This document shows positions 1-9,781 of a stretch of DNA of 57,604 nucleotides, piece by piece. The notes under the pieces are model-generated. The model was not told where the DNA came from. It worked only from the letters and a program-made list of their open reading frames with translations, and did no database searches. Source of the stretch: Clostridiales bacterium UBA4821 (GTDB taxonomy: Bacteria > Bacillota > Clostridia > Acetivibrionales > UBA4821); contig DHFP01000270.1 of the NCBI GenBank assembly GCA_002402315.1, positions 1 to 57,604 on the forward strand, read 5' to 3'. Position 1 is the first letter of the stretch, and the number at the start of each line of letters is the position of its first letter. Both the position numbers and the translations under genes were made by a program.

Positions 1-1
1 A

Positions 2-358
2 AACATTCATGATTTTGCCGTGGAAGAAACAAGGGCTGCAGTTGCCTGGACTTACGTTCCTACATTATACTTGTCTGTAGCTTCACTACTTTTAACTATC
101 CTATTATTTTTGACATTCAAGCTAGATATGCTTGAATTATCAATGTCATTATCCATGTTAGTTTCAGTTGTATTCGGTTTAATAAAATTTGCTGTATCCA
201 TATGGATTCTTATTATTGCGTCAAAAACTTTGGGCGAAGCGCATAGATTTTCGGCATGGACAGGTTTTGGAACTATCATTTTAAGTGGGATACTCCTTGT
301 AATTCCTTTTATTTTTATAGCTAACGCCGCTAGTTTTCTGACAGCTGGGCTGCTATAA
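2..358 (+). CDS. polytopic membrane protein, C-terminal part (gene probably starts left of the window)
   Basis: ORF track 20..358. The same frame has no stop back to base 2. The translation is a run of hydrophobic helices with no family-specific motif recognised. Confidence 0.4.
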   Translation, partial: NIHDFAVEETRAAVAWTYVPTLYLSVASLLLTILLFLTFKLDMLELSMSLSMLVSVVFGLIKFAVSIWILIIASKTLGEAHRFSAWTGFGTIILSGILLVIPFIFIANAASFLTAGLL

Positions 359-387
359 ACCATGGCTTAAAAACAGCTTGTTAAAAA

Positions 388-429
388 TAATGATTATAGG
401 GCAGTACATGTACTGCCCTATAATCATTA
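388..429. terminator. perfect palindrome with 21-nt arms between convergent genes (bidirectional terminator candidate)
   Basis: taatgattatagggcagtaca/tgtactgccctataatcatta read directly. Lies between the + stop at 358 and the - stop at 439, with A/T-rich flanks. Confidence 0.6.
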
Positions 430-438
430 ACTATTTTA

Positions 439-1458
439 TTATCTCAATCCCAGCTTGAGTCCTGGATCTGCATTTAAATCCAGATTGCTGACGTTCCCCT
501 CAAGGTAGTTATAATATGCAGCACAGCCAATCATAGCTGCATTATCGGTACATAATATGGGTGGAGGATAGCTTAATCTGATGCCTAGTTTGTTAGTGCC
601 AGCCTCTAACTGCTGTCTAAGGTATGAATTAGCTGCCACCCCTCCTGCAATCGCAAGCTTATCAACTTTTAGCTGCTCTACAGCCTTTATTGAATTCTCC
701 ATCAGGATATCTACAACGGCAGACTGGAAGCTTGCTGCTAAATCAGCAATATTAAATTCCTCTCCGGCCATCTTTAGCCTGTTCATGTAGTTTAATACAG
801 CAGTTTTCAGTCCACTGAAACTAAAATCAAGGCTGTCCTGAAACCTGACTCGTGGAAATACATATGCATTTTTATTGCCGTATTTAGCCATCTTATCTAT
901 CAGCGGGCCCCCTGGATAACCTAATCCAATTGCCCTTGCTATCTTGTCAAAAGCTTCACCTGCAGCATCATCCCTTGTCTTTCCTAATACCTCAAACCCA
1001 AGATATGATTTTACATAGATGAGCTCGGTATGACCTCCGGAAACAACCAAACAGACAAATGGAGGCTCCAGCCAATCATTGGTCAAGTAATTGGCTGCAA
1101 TATGACCCTCAATATGGTGAACCCCTACCAAAGGCTTATCTAATGCAAAAGCAATGCCTTTGGCAGTTGAGAGGCCCACTAGAAGAGCACCTACCAACCC
1201 TGGACCATATGTAGTCCCAACTATATCGATTTCATTGAATGTTATTCCTGCCTCATCTAAAGCCTGTTGGATAACCGGACTGATATTTTCAACGTGATGT
1301 CTGGAAGCAATCTCCGGCACCACTCCCCCATACTTCTTATGCAGGTCTATTTGTGATGAAATTATATTGGAAAGCACCTCCCTGCCGGCAGTCACCGCCG
1401 CAGAGGTTTCATCACAGCTTGTTTCTATAGCTAGACATATAACTCTCTTGTCCATCAT
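439..1458 (-). CDS. tsaD: tRNA N6-adenosine threonylcarbamoyltransferase TsaD (Kae1/Gcp family)
   Basis: N-terminal [14 protein letters not shown] and HHIEGH metal-binding motif. Start moved to the ATG at 1458, which is preceded by GGAGA; the ORF track starts at 1479. Confidence 0.9.
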   Translation of the reverse strand: MMDKRVICLAIETSCDETSAAVTAGREVLSNIISSQIDLHKKYGGVVPEIASRHHVENISPVIQQALDEAGITFNEIDIVGTTYGPGLVGALLVGLSTAKGIAFALDKPLVGVHHIEGHIAANYLTNDWLEPPFVCLVVSGGHTELIYVKSYLGFEVLGKTRDDAAGEAFDKIARAIGLGYPGGPLIDKMAKYGNKNAYVFPRVRFQDSLDFSFSGLKTAVLNYMNRLKMAGEEFNIADLAASFQSAVVDILMENSIKAVEQLKVDKLAIAGGVAANSYLRQQLEAGTNKLGIRLSYPPPILCTDNAAMIGCAAYYNYLEGNVSNLDLNADPGLKLGLR

Positions 1459-1487
1459 AATCAATTTCTCCATAATCAATAAAAATA

Positions 1488-2126
1488 TTAAGATAATCCA
1501 AACAATCTTAGAATCATTTTAGTTATTTGATCAGCCGGTTCAAAAACAATATATCTCAATGTTTTCGTAAAATATGCTAAAAATAGTATGAAAAGCATAC
1601 CATAAAGCTGTAAAGACATATACTTGTATGCCTGCTCACGGGGGAGCATACTGGCAACAACATGAGATCCATCCAACGGTGGTAAAGGAAGCAGGTTAAA
1701 GAAAAAAAGTATTAGGTTTATATTTATGGCGTTAACCAGAATGCCCACAATTATTTGTCCAGTATGGTCAGAAACAAGGCCAAACACATTTAAGTGGTAG
1801 AGAATAAATATAGTAAATCCGAACGTTAATGCTAAAATAAAATTAGTCAGAGGCCCTGCCAGTGACACTATTATATCGTCCCTTCTGGGGTTTTTAAAAT
1901 TTCTTGGATCTATCTGAACAGGCTTTGCCCAACCAAATCCGGCAATAAGCAAGGTAATAAAACCAAATATATCAATATGAGGCCAAGGCTCTATGGTAAG
2001 CCTTCCCTGCTGTCTTGGAGTAGGATCTCCAAGCTTATCTGCCGCTAAAGCATGAGCAAATTCATGTAAGGCAAATCCAATGACAAAGCCAGGCACTAAC
2101 AATAATGTTTCTTCTAGACTTCTCAT
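1488..2126 (-). CDS. site-2 protease family (M50) membrane zinc metalloprotease
   Basis: HEFAHALAA (HExxH) inside a hydrophobic helix; multiple TM segments; LPPLDGSH motif. Confidence 0.8.
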   Translation of the reverse strand: MRSLEETLLLVPGFVIGFALHEFAHALAADKLGDPTPRQQGRLTIEPWPHIDIFGFITLLIAGFGWAKPVQIDPRNFKNPRRDDIIVSLAGPLTNFILALTFGFTIFILYHLNVFGLVSDHTGQIIVGILVNAININLILFFFNLLPLPPLDGSHVVASMLPREQAYKYMSLQLYGMLFILFLAYFTKTLRYIVFEPADQITKMILRLFGLS

Positions 2127-2482
2127 TATCTAACTCCTTCTTTTGCAGTAGTAATTATATCCGAATCTTTGTAAAAATTGTGTTTTATTTCTATTGCATA
2201 GTATATTATAACACAACAACAGGATTTATTACCGGCTTAACAAACAAAAATCAATCTATTCTTTATACAAATGATTGAAAAAATATTTTGTATTATATAA
2301 AATATTTGATATAATATAAGTAATTAAAGTAGATAACAAGCTCCCTTTTTACCTCATTAATCATATACATTAAATATAGTACCTGTAAATACCTAATTAA
2401 TTTTTTAAACTATTCTCTTCTTTGAGCACATGGATAGTCAACGGATAATAAGTATTGAATAAAATTGTAAGGAGAGATTTTT

Positions 2483-2683
2483 ATGAATCAAGGTAAACTG
2501 AAAACCATTCTTGTATTAATTGCCCTGTTAGTCCTAGCCATAGTTATTATTAAACTTCTATTTAACTTTATTGTACAAGTGATTCAAATAGCTATTACGT
2601 TAGCAATAATCGCAGGAGTTGTCTATCTTGCTTATATACTTCTCAAAAAATACAATAGTTCTTCTCGTAGAAATTTAAAATAA
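2483..2683 (+). CDS. small two-helix membrane protein, unknown function
   Basis: 66-aa ORF with GGAGAG 8 nt upstream of the ATG. Two hydrophobic helices and a basic tail. A strong terminator follows. Confidence 0.55.
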   Translation: MNQGKLKTILVLIALLVLAIVIIKLLFNFIVQVIQIAITLAIIAGVVYLAYILLKKYNSSSRRNLK

Positions 2684-2716
2684 GTCAAGGAGTTTCAACT
2701 CCTTGACTTATTTTTA
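2682..2716 (+). terminator. rho-independent terminator
   Basis: 12-bp stem aagtcaaggagt/actccttgactt with a 4-nt loop, followed by atttttac. Confidence 0.8.
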
Positions 2717-2845
2717 CTAGTCTCTTGGCTTCATTGTAGGGAATAAAAGTACATCTCTTATTCTAGCATTTCGTTATTTTCATTTACGTTATCTATATGT
2801 AAACCTCCTTATTGTTTGTCGAAAAACCTAAAGCCTTTTTATTAT

Positions 2846-2884
2846 ACAAAATGAACAGTTTACTGAATGGTCAGTAAACTTGTT
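2846..2884 (-). terminator. terminator downstream of greA
   Basis: 10-bp stem agtttactga/tcagtaaact with loop atgg. On the minus strand it is followed by gttcattttgtat. Confidence 0.55.
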
Positions 2885-2904
2885 CTATAGAAATATTAAT
2901 ATAT

Positions 2905-3381
2905 TTATTTATGGATTTCAACAACCTTGAGATTAATAATCCCATCGGGAACAGTTACTTTAATTTCACTTCCTACTGCTTTACCTACTAAAGCACTGCC
3001 GACCGGAGACTCATTGGATATCTTATAGCTGTTTGGATCGGCCTCTGCAGATCCAACTATTGTATACTCAACTTCTTCATTATCATCCATGTCAAGAACT
3101 TTTACCTTAGCACCCAAACTGACCACATCCGTATTGATTTCATCTTCATCAATAACCTTTGCATGTCTGAGCATGTTTTCGATATGTGCAATCCTTGCTT
3201 CGACGTAAGCCTGATCATTCTTTGCTTCATCATACTCGGCATTCTCCGAAATGTCTCCAAACGAAAGCGCCGATTTTATTCTCTCTGCTATTTCTCTTCG
3301 TTTTACGCTTTTTAAATTCTCCAGTTCATCTTCCAGCTTTTTTAAACCTTCATAGGTTAATATAACTTCCTTTCCAACCAT
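2905..3381 (-). CDS. greA: transcription elongation factor GreA
   Basis: [17 protein letters not shown] coiled-coil N-terminus, [13 protein letters not shown], and a C-terminal FKBP-like domain. Start placed at the ATG at 3381 behind AAAGGAGAG; the ORF track begins at 3435. Confidence 0.9.
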   Translation of the reverse strand: MVGKEVILTYEGLKKLEDELENLKSVKRREIAERIKSALSFGDISENAEYDEAKNDQAYVEARIAHIENMLRHAKVIDEDEINTDVVSLGAKVKVLDMDDNEEVEYTIVGSAEADPNSYKISNESPVGSALVGKAVGSEIKVTVPDGIINLKVVEIHK

Positions 3382-3484
3382 CCTATGACTCTCCTTTTGA
3401 AATAGTATCATTCTGAAAATATAAATGCACTGCAATCATCTTTAGACAGCACCTTATAGTGCAAATTACCCCTTAATTCACTTC

Positions 3485-3513
3485 ATTATAGAATACAATA
3501 AAAATATTGTCAA
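3485..3513 (-). promoter_or_regulatory. consensus sigma-A promoter for greA
   Basis: The minus strand reads TTGACA, a 17-nt spacer, then TATAAT (cttgacaatatttttattgtattctataatg). This implies a leader of about 100 nt. Confidence 0.6.
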
Positions 3514-3540
3514 GAATTTAGATATTTTAGATATTAAACC

Positions 3541-4560
3541 TTAAATTATATTCTTACGTCTATATTCTTTTGCTATGATATCAAACTCCGACATATTTAT
3601 ATTTCCGTTCCTTCCAATAAAACCTGCTATTCTATAACCCAATCCTTTAAGTTCATTAATATAATTGGATTGCAGCCGGTCTAGATCAAAACTATCATCT
3701 GTATCTTCCCCCTTTAGACCCAGAATTGCCTCACAAAAGCTTAAGCGCTTAGACCATGGATGACACTTAATTGATGTTTTATTATTATGCATATTCAGGT
3801 CATTAATTATAATCCCGCTGAAATTCTTTTTAAGAACTTCACAACCATAATTAATTATTACTGAATTGTCAGGAATCCTGCAAGAATTAACAAACTTGGA
3901 GTCTTTACTGAAGTTTATTATAACATTACATTCTTTAAGCAGATCCGTATTGGTACTGCTAAGTCTAACCACCAGTCCTGTGTCCTGGTAAATATTTTCT
4001 ACCATTTTTGATAGATTACTATGCTCTAAAGAAAGTATGCTTAAAAACCTGATTCCTTCTGATAATCTCGTTATTATTGAAATTATTCCTGCATTTATAC
4101 CATCAACAATTAGTCCTACCCTGAGGTGAGTTATACTGACTTTCAACAGTTTACAGATAGTTTTAAAGATTTCTTCAATATATAAAATAAATAGTTTATC
4201 TCCATTAAATATCTTGAATGCCTCTTTTGAATTAAAATAACCAGTTATTACTTCACTCTCATTAAGTACATCATCTAATAGAACTCTATCAACTTTTAGT
4301 TCCTGTAAAAGCAAATCAATCTGCTCACACCATTTCAATACTTTATCATGATCAGCCAGACTTAATGCTTCTGCCACTGTGGGAAACTGGATTTCATATA
4401 CATCACAATTCATTTCACTGAATATTATATAATGCCAGTAAGGTAACATTCTTTCTAAAAAAAGCTTTCTAAGCCTGGCAGGAATAAATCTATGTAAACT
4501 TCCCTTTAATAATATTTCTTTTAATCCTGATGGGCAATAAATAACAGCTATAGTCTTCAC
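3541..4560 (-). CDS. hypothetical cytoplasmic protein, 339 aa, no family recognised
   Basis: Long uninterrupted ORF with the codon and amino-acid bias of the neighbouring genes; no motif I can name. Confidence 0.6.
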   Translation of the reverse strand: MKTIAVIYCPSGLKEILLKGSLHRFIPARLRKLFLERMLPYWHYIIFSEMNCDVYEIQFPTVAEALSLADHDKVLKWCEQIDLLLQELKVDRVLLDDVLNESEVITGYFNSKEAFKIFNGDKLFILYIEEIFKTICKLLKVSITHLRVGLIVDGINAGIISIITRLSEGIRFLSILSLEHSNLSKMVENIYQDTGLVVRLSSTNTDLLKECNVIINFSKDSKFVNSCRIPDNSVIINYGCEVLKKNFSGIIINDLNMHNNKTSIKCHPWSKRLSFCEAILGLKGEDTDDSFDLDRLQSNYINELKGLGYRIAGFIGRNGNINMSEFDIIAKEYRRKNII

Positions 4561-4653
4561 ATTTAACCTGCCTATTATGTGTTTCTATGTATATATATTT
4601 ATATTTATAATAATTATTCCTGTTAAACAAAGTAATTTAAAAAGGCAAGTGGG

Positions 4654-4719
4654 GGCAAGTGGGGACGGTTCTTGACTTGCTAGTTCTGGCTAGCAAGTCA
4701 AGAACCGTCCCCACTTGCC
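4654..4719. repeat. perfect palindrome with 30-bp arms and a 6-nt spacer (REP/foldback-like element)
   Basis: ggcaagtggggacggttcttgacttgctag ttctgg ctagcaagtcaagaaccgtccccacttgcc. Sits in a divergent promoter region, so it is not a terminator for either neighbour. An extra tandem ggcaagtgggg lies at 4644-4654. Confidence 0.85.
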
Positions 4720-4804
4720 TTAAATCTTTTGAAAATTAGTCTGGACATCAAGTAAAATCATTGATATTATATTAATGAATGTATTGTGCAGTAGGAGGTT
4801 AATA

Positions 4805-5269
4805 ATGTTTCAAAGGAATTTGAATTCAGGTACTTCTAATTTTAATACTCTGGTAGGAAGCGGCGCCACCTTGGACGGAGACTTTAATGCTGATGGTAAG
4901 GTAAGGATTGATGGGAAAATAAAAGGCCATGTCAGAATAAACGGTGATTTAATCATAGGTGAAACTGCATTAATTCTTGGTAATATATCAGCCGGCAATG
5001 TTGACCTGGCAGGTACTGTTGAAGGTAATATGTACTGCAAAGGCCAGCTTAAACTTGCCACGACGGCAAAACTTACCGGCGATATCCAGGTAAAAGGACT
5101 CTCTATTGAAGAGGGCGCACAGTTTCAAGGTATATGCAGCATGTCCAATCTTGAAAAGGTTTGTAAGGTTAGCAGTACACTTCCGGTGGACTCAGACGAA
5201 ACTGCCAACCGTTTGAAAAAGAAACCTATTATTAGTAGACCTCAATTTAAAGACTCAACTAACTTGTAG
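4805..5269 (+). CDS. bactofilin-family polymer-forming cytoskeletal protein
   Basis: Repetitive beta-helix sequence (DGKVRIDGKIKGHVRINGDLIIGE..GNVDLAGTVEGNMYCKGQLKL..TGDIQV). Start at the ATG at 4805 behind AGGAGG. Confidence 0.8.
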   Translation: MFQRNLNSGTSNFNTLVGSGATLDGDFNADGKVRIDGKIKGHVRINGDLIIGETALILGNISAGNVDLAGTVEGNMYCKGQLKLATTAKLTGDIQVKGLSIEEGAQFQGICSMSNLEKVCKVSSTLPVDSDETANRLKKKPIISRPQFKDSTNL

Positions 5270-5823
5270 TTTAAATTTTTCCAGACCATTAAACCCCTCG
5301 AATTATCCGGTGGGTTAATTGTTTCTTGTTTTTTTTAATAAAATATACTGCAGAATCTCTCTTTCAATATTTGTTGAATTTTGTCTTATTTTGTCGTAAA
5401 ATAACTTTGTTTGTCGATTTGCTTGCGGCTACGGCTCTAGTTAGATATAATGCATACTGTAATAATATGAATAATGTTAATTGAGTAGTATCGATCAAGT
5501 AATCTTATCCATGAAAACTATATTTTCTTTAGATGTTACACATAATTGCACCTATTCTAGTAATATTTATCCAATTTAAATTATTCTCTATTGTTTAGGA
5601 TTACATTAAACTTGGACAAGCTGCTGCCTTTTCGGTAGTATACCTTTGGCTGCAAATTATTAAATCGACTTATTGTACGTTAAGACTATTCTATAACCTT
5701 ACAAATAATTGAAGTGTCGTTCTCCAAATTGTATAACTTTAAAAACACAACAGGAGGTGACAGTGGCATATTAAAATTTATTCTTTCAAAGAAGAAACTT
5801 AAATTTATGGGGGGTATTAGAAA

Positions 5824-7578
5824 GTGAAATTGAAAATCAGTACCAAAATTATTAGCTTGATCATTTTGGCAATTCTGGTGACAGCTCTTGTTGGAATCAT
5901 AGGAATAAGGCAGCTGGGATTGGTTAATGATGAAATTAAAGACATTGATGTAGCTTACATGCCGACAACGGAAGCTCTTTCAGAAATCGAGTACAATGTA
6001 CTTCAACAGGAATTGGTTCTCGAAAAAATCGCAATGAGCAATACTGAGTATGTATCCGTACAAGGTGAAAAAAAAGCCGAGCTAATAAAGCTCTTTAGAG
6101 AAGAAGGAAAGCAGATTGACGAAGAAATAATCACACTTGATAATGCGATTAAAAAGGAAATATCCACAATAACCATAGCAGAGGACAAGAAGAAATTCCA
6201 AGAATTTGAAAAAGCCTTGGAAGAAATAGATGTGGAATACAAGAATTACGAAAAAGAAGTGGAAACCTTGTTTGAAGGTCATGAAACCGTTGCAGGAACA
6301 GAGGTTGAAAGGGTTGTCAACGAAGCAGATAAGATTGGCAAGGAAATTGAAGACCTTGTCGTGCTTGTGGAAAAAGCTATGGAAGAAGCAGTTACGACTG
6401 CTGAAAAGCTTGAAGGTGAAGCAGTATGGATGGTTACAGCTACAACTTCTATTGCCGGTCTTATTCTTTTGGTATTAGGCAGTCTGATAAGCTATGGAAT
6501 AATCCGTGCCCTTGCAAAAATCATTCGCGTGCTTAAAGAAATGGCCCAGGGCAGGGGAGACCTTACTCAAAGGATAGACATTAACTCAGGCGATGAAATC
6601 GAAGAAATGGCAATGTGGTTCAACCAGTTCATCGGTAAACTCCGGGAAATAGTTTCAGATGTAAAACAAGCCTCTCAAGTGGTGTTAAGCTCAACACAGC
6701 AGCTTTCGGGTGCGGTTGAAGAATCCAATGCCGCAATGTCCAGCATATCTAATACAGTTACTGAAATAGCTACAAGTATGCAGGAAAATGCATCTGCCGT
6801 TGAAGAGACTTCCGCTTCTGTTGAAGAGGTTGCAGGAAGTGCTGAATCGGTGGCGCGTACCAGCCAGCAGACAGTGGAAGATACCATAAATGCTCAGAAG
6901 AATGCTGAAAAGGGCAGTGAAGCAGTAAAAGAAATAATGGCTTCTATCAATGATGTATCCAAGTCTTCTGTTGAGGTTGGCAAAACCATATCTGAGCTTG
7001 AGTCATCTTCTAATGAAATAGGTAATATATTGGATATTATCTCCGGCATAGCCGCCCAAACCAATTTGCTGGCTTTGAACGCAGCAATTGAGGCAGCGAG
7101 AGCCGGGGAGCACGGAAGAGGTTTTGCAGTTGTAGCTGAAGAAATAAGGAAGCTCGCTGAACAAAGCAGCACCTCTGCAAAAGAAATATCGACACTTGTA
7201 AATGGAATCCAGCAAAAAACCACTCAGGTTGTTAATACGGTCGGAAGCCAGGAAAAGAAAATCAATCTCTCTGTCGATAAGGCTAAACTAATAGACGTAA
7301 GCATTAGAGAAATTCTCCAGTCAGTTAATAATGTTGTTTTCAAAATAAACGACATAGCATCTTCATCAGAAGAGCAGGCTGCAGCGACAGAACAAATGAC
7401 AAAATCAATGGACAGCGTGTCCACAGCTACTGACCAAGCAGCTAGAAATGCTTCGGAAATCGGCAGTTCAGTACAAGAGCAGGTCAGCACATTAGAAGAA
7501 ATCGGTGCAACCACTGAAGAAATTGCAGCTATGGCAAAAATGCTTGATGAAAAAGTTAATCAGTTTAAAATAGAATAA
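5824..7578 (+). CDS. methyl-accepting chemotaxis protein (two TM segments, HAMP, MA domain)
   Basis: Signalling hairpin [33 protein letters not shown]; N-terminal TM, a second TM near residue 200, then HAMP. GTG start behind GGGGGG. Confidence 0.9.
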   Translation: MKLKISTKIISLIILAILVTALVGIIGIRQLGLVNDEIKDIDVAYMPTTEALSEIEYNVLQQELVLEKIAMSNTEYVSVQGEKKAELIKLFREEGKQIDEEIITLDNAIKKEISTITIAEDKKKFQEFEKALEEIDVEYKNYEKEVETLFEGHETVAGTEVERVVNEADKIGKEIEDLVVLVEKAMEEAVTTAEKLEGEAVWMVTATTSIAGLILLVLGSLISYGIIRALAKIIRVLKEMAQGRGDLTQRIDINSGDEIEEMAMWFNQFIGKLREIVSDVKQASQVVLSSTQQLSGAVEESNAAMSSISNTVTEIATSMQENASAVEETSASVEEVAGSAESVARTSQQTVEDTINAQKNAEKGSEAVKEIMASINDVSKSSVEVGKTISELESSSNEIGNILDIISGIAAQTNLLALNAAIEAARAGEHGRGFAVVAEEIRKLAEQSSTSAKEISTLVNGIQQKTTQVVNTVGSQEKKINLSVDKAKLIDVSIREILQSVNNVVFKINDIASSSEEQAAATEQMTKSMDSVSTATDQAARNASEIGSSVQEQVSTLEEIGATTEEIAAMAKMLDEKVNQFKIE

Positions 7579-7587
7579 ATATTTCTT

Positions 7588-7622
7588 AAATAGGCGTTGC
7601 TTATAAGCAACGCCTATTTTTT
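7588..7622. terminator. bidirectional rho-independent terminator (MCP / gpr)
   Basis: 13-bp stem aaataggcgttgc/gcaacgcctattt with loop ttataa. A-run on one side and T-run on the other; lies between convergent stops at 7578 and 7621. Confidence 0.8.
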
Positions 7623-8592
7623 AATGGAAATACTTCTCAGCATTCTCCATCGTATCATATACAGCTATGTTTATACCGTTTGAAACCACCTCAGAAACAT
7701 TTGAAATTATAGAATCAATTTCTTTGGGCGTAACCACTAAATCACCAACATAAGGCGATAGCACCTCCCTTATTAAGGCACTCTTTTCCTCTCCGCTCAT
7801 CCTTTGTAACATCTTATAGAATTCGGTTCCTGCATCAGCTTGCTTTATCATAGTATCAATCATTAGATCCAGAGTATCATTCGCCATGGTTGATGCATCA
7901 ACAACTGTCGGAACCCCTATTGCTATAACTGGAACCCCAAGAGTTATCTGATTCAACCCCATTCGTTTATTTCCTACTCCTGAACCTGGACTTATTCCGG
8001 TATCGGCTACCTGTATGGTTGTACTAATCCTATCCATCCTTCTGGATGCCAAAGCATCAATTGCTATCACAACATCCGGCTTAACCTTTTCCACTACCCC
8101 TTTTATTATTTCTCCTGTCTCAATACCTGTTATACCTAGAACCCCCGGTGAAAGCGAGCATACTGCCCTTACTCCTTTCTCTATGTATTCCGGAGCATAT
8201 TCTATCAGGTGTCTTGTAACTGCTATACGTGATACTACTTTAGGTCCAAGAGCATCCGGGGTTACATTCCAGTTGCCCAAACCTACTACTAGAACTGTCG
8301 CTTCGTGGGTAAGTTTAGCTACAGAACGTATTTCATTTGCCAGGGAAACTGAAGTTCTATCATTTAAGTCCTTTAAGTTCTCGTTTAAATCTGGTATCTC
8401 AAGTGTTATATAATTACCAATCGGCTTGCCCATAGCCTCTGATCCTTCAAGAGTAGTTATCTTTACTCTTGTAATATTAATATCAGGTAAACTCTGAGTA
8501 TCAGCTTCAACTCCTGGAACTTCGGCTGCATTACTTTGTTTGTACAGTTCCCTGCTCTCAAGTGCTAAATCTGTTCTTATGCCTTTAGGCAT
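7621..8592 (-). CDS. gpr: germination protease GPR (spore endopeptidase)
   Basis: N-terminal IRTDLALESRE, characteristic of GPR; length about 320 aa; VVGLGNWNVTPDALGP motif. Confidence 0.85.
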   Translation of the reverse strand: MPKGIRTDLALESRELYKQSNAAEVPGVEADTQSLPDINITRVKITTLEGSEAMGKPIGNYITLEIPDLNENLKDLNDRTSVSLANEIRSVAKLTHEATVLVVGLGNWNVTPDALGPKVVSRIAVTRHLIEYAPEYIEKGVRAVCSLSPGVLGITGIETGEIIKGVVEKVKPDVVIAIDALASRRMDRISTTIQVADTGISPGSGVGNKRMGLNQITLGVPVIAIGVPTVVDASTMANDTLDLMIDTMIKQADAGTEFYKMLQRMSGEEKSALIREVLSPYVGDLVVTPKEIDSIISNVSEVVSNGINIAVYDTMENAEKYFH

Positions 8593-8656
8593 ATTCTGTT
8601 CCCTCCTTTATTAAAATAGTCTCCAATTATTATTTCTACAGCATACGCAAATTATT

Positions 8657-8715
8657 AATAAAAATAATTTTACCCTTATTCATGTCCAATCTTTAGAACT
8701 TTGAAATAAGGGTAA
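8657..8715 (-). terminator. possible terminator after holA
   Basis: 11-bp stem ttacccttatt/aataagggtaa, but with a 24-nt loop. On the minus strand it is followed by aattatttttatt. Confidence 0.3.
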
Positions 8716-8742
8716 TTATACTTTGGTAAATTATGCTATTTA

Positions 8743-9762
8743 CTATGCAGAATACTTTGAAATTATAGACTCTAATGCCATTCTCGAATCCATTAATCCG
8801 GTTTTTACTCTCCTATCTGCATCCAAGCAGTCCCTCATTGCTTCCTTCAGTTTATTTACATCATAGTTTTCACACTGTCTGATATACTTATTTACAATAA
8901 ATGGCTGTAAACTAATCTGGTTAGCAATTCTTTCAGTCGAGTAACCCCGTAATTTCATGTGCTTTATAAAGAACATTATCTTAAAATGCCGTGCAACCAG
9001 AACGCTTATCTTTTGTAAAGGTTCTTTAAGAACCAACATGTCATCCAAAAGTTTATAAGCCTTACCCGGGTTCTTCTGAGTTATTGCATCCAACATTTCA
9101 AACACTTTCCCCTGAATAGACTTAACACATACCGCTTCAATGTGGCCAGCCGTCACAGTATTTCCTTCTCCCACAAACTCTCTGAGCTTCCTAATCTCAT
9201 TAAGGATATCTGTCATACCTGGACTGCACATACCAACTAAATGCACTGCCTCAGTCTTGTTAATTCTAACTTTATATGAGTTGAGTATCTTGGTAACCCA
9301 CCTGGTTAGTTCATCAACCCCCTGGTAACCAAATTCTACACAAATTCCTTTTGACCTAACAGCACGGTACATCTTACTATTTTTATTCACTTCACTTTCA
9401 ACGAAAATAACATGTACTCCTTGGGGCAAATTATTCAGGTATTCTGCAATTGTATCCGGTAAATTCTTTTCTATTTTTTCTTCTTTACTTTTAGAATCAG
9501 TACTAAATAGCCCAGACTCCTTGATAATTACCAATTTTTTATCAGACTTGATTGGAACTGTTTCACAACTGCCTATTACATTCCTAGTGCTATCTTTCCC
9601 TTCCAGGATACTAAGATTAAAACTCCTATACATAGGCTCTATAAGCATAAATTCAATTTCTTTTACGTAATGGTTGATTAAATAAATTTCCGGACCAAAA
9701 AAAAGGTACACTTGCTGAAGGGTACCTTTTTTTATATCATTTTTCAAAATCTCCATTGACAT
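8743..9762 (-). CDS. holA: DNA polymerase III delta subunit
   Basis: VYLFFGPE N-terminal clamp-loader motif; about 340 aa; delta C-terminal helical domain. Confidence 0.8.
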   Translation of the reverse strand: MSMEILKNDIKKGTLQQVYLFFGPEIYLINHYVKEIEFMLIEPMYRSFNLSILEGKDSTRNVIGSCETVPIKSDKKLVIIKESGLFSTDSKSKEEKIEKNLPDTIAEYLNNLPQGVHVIFVESEVNKNSKMYRAVRSKGICVEFGYQGVDELTRWVTKILNSYKVRINKTEAVHLVGMCSPGMTDILNEIRKLREFVGEGNTVTAGHIEAVCVKSIQGKVFEMLDAITQKNPGKAYKLLDDMLVLKEPLQKISVLVARHFKIMFFIKHMKLRGYSTERIANQISLQPFIVNKYIRQCENYDVNKLKEAMRDCLDADRRVKTGLMDSRMALESIISKYSA

Positions 9763-9781
9763 ACAATCAACTTCTCCTTTT

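Noticed and set aside
2816-2822. Isolated perfect TGTCGAA (Spo0A box) downstream of greA, plus near-matches TGTCGTA/TGTCGAT at 5391-5418
   Set aside because: A 7-mer is expected several times by chance in 2 x 57.6 kb, and no promoter context supports a role. Only the spoIIG and, weakly, the flgB contexts were kept.
8593-8742. Absence of rpsT between holA and gpr (B. subtilis has holA-rpsT-gpr)
   Set aside because: The 150-nt spacer has no ORF of suitable size. This is most likely ordinary lineage-specific synteny variation rather than a deletion event of interest.
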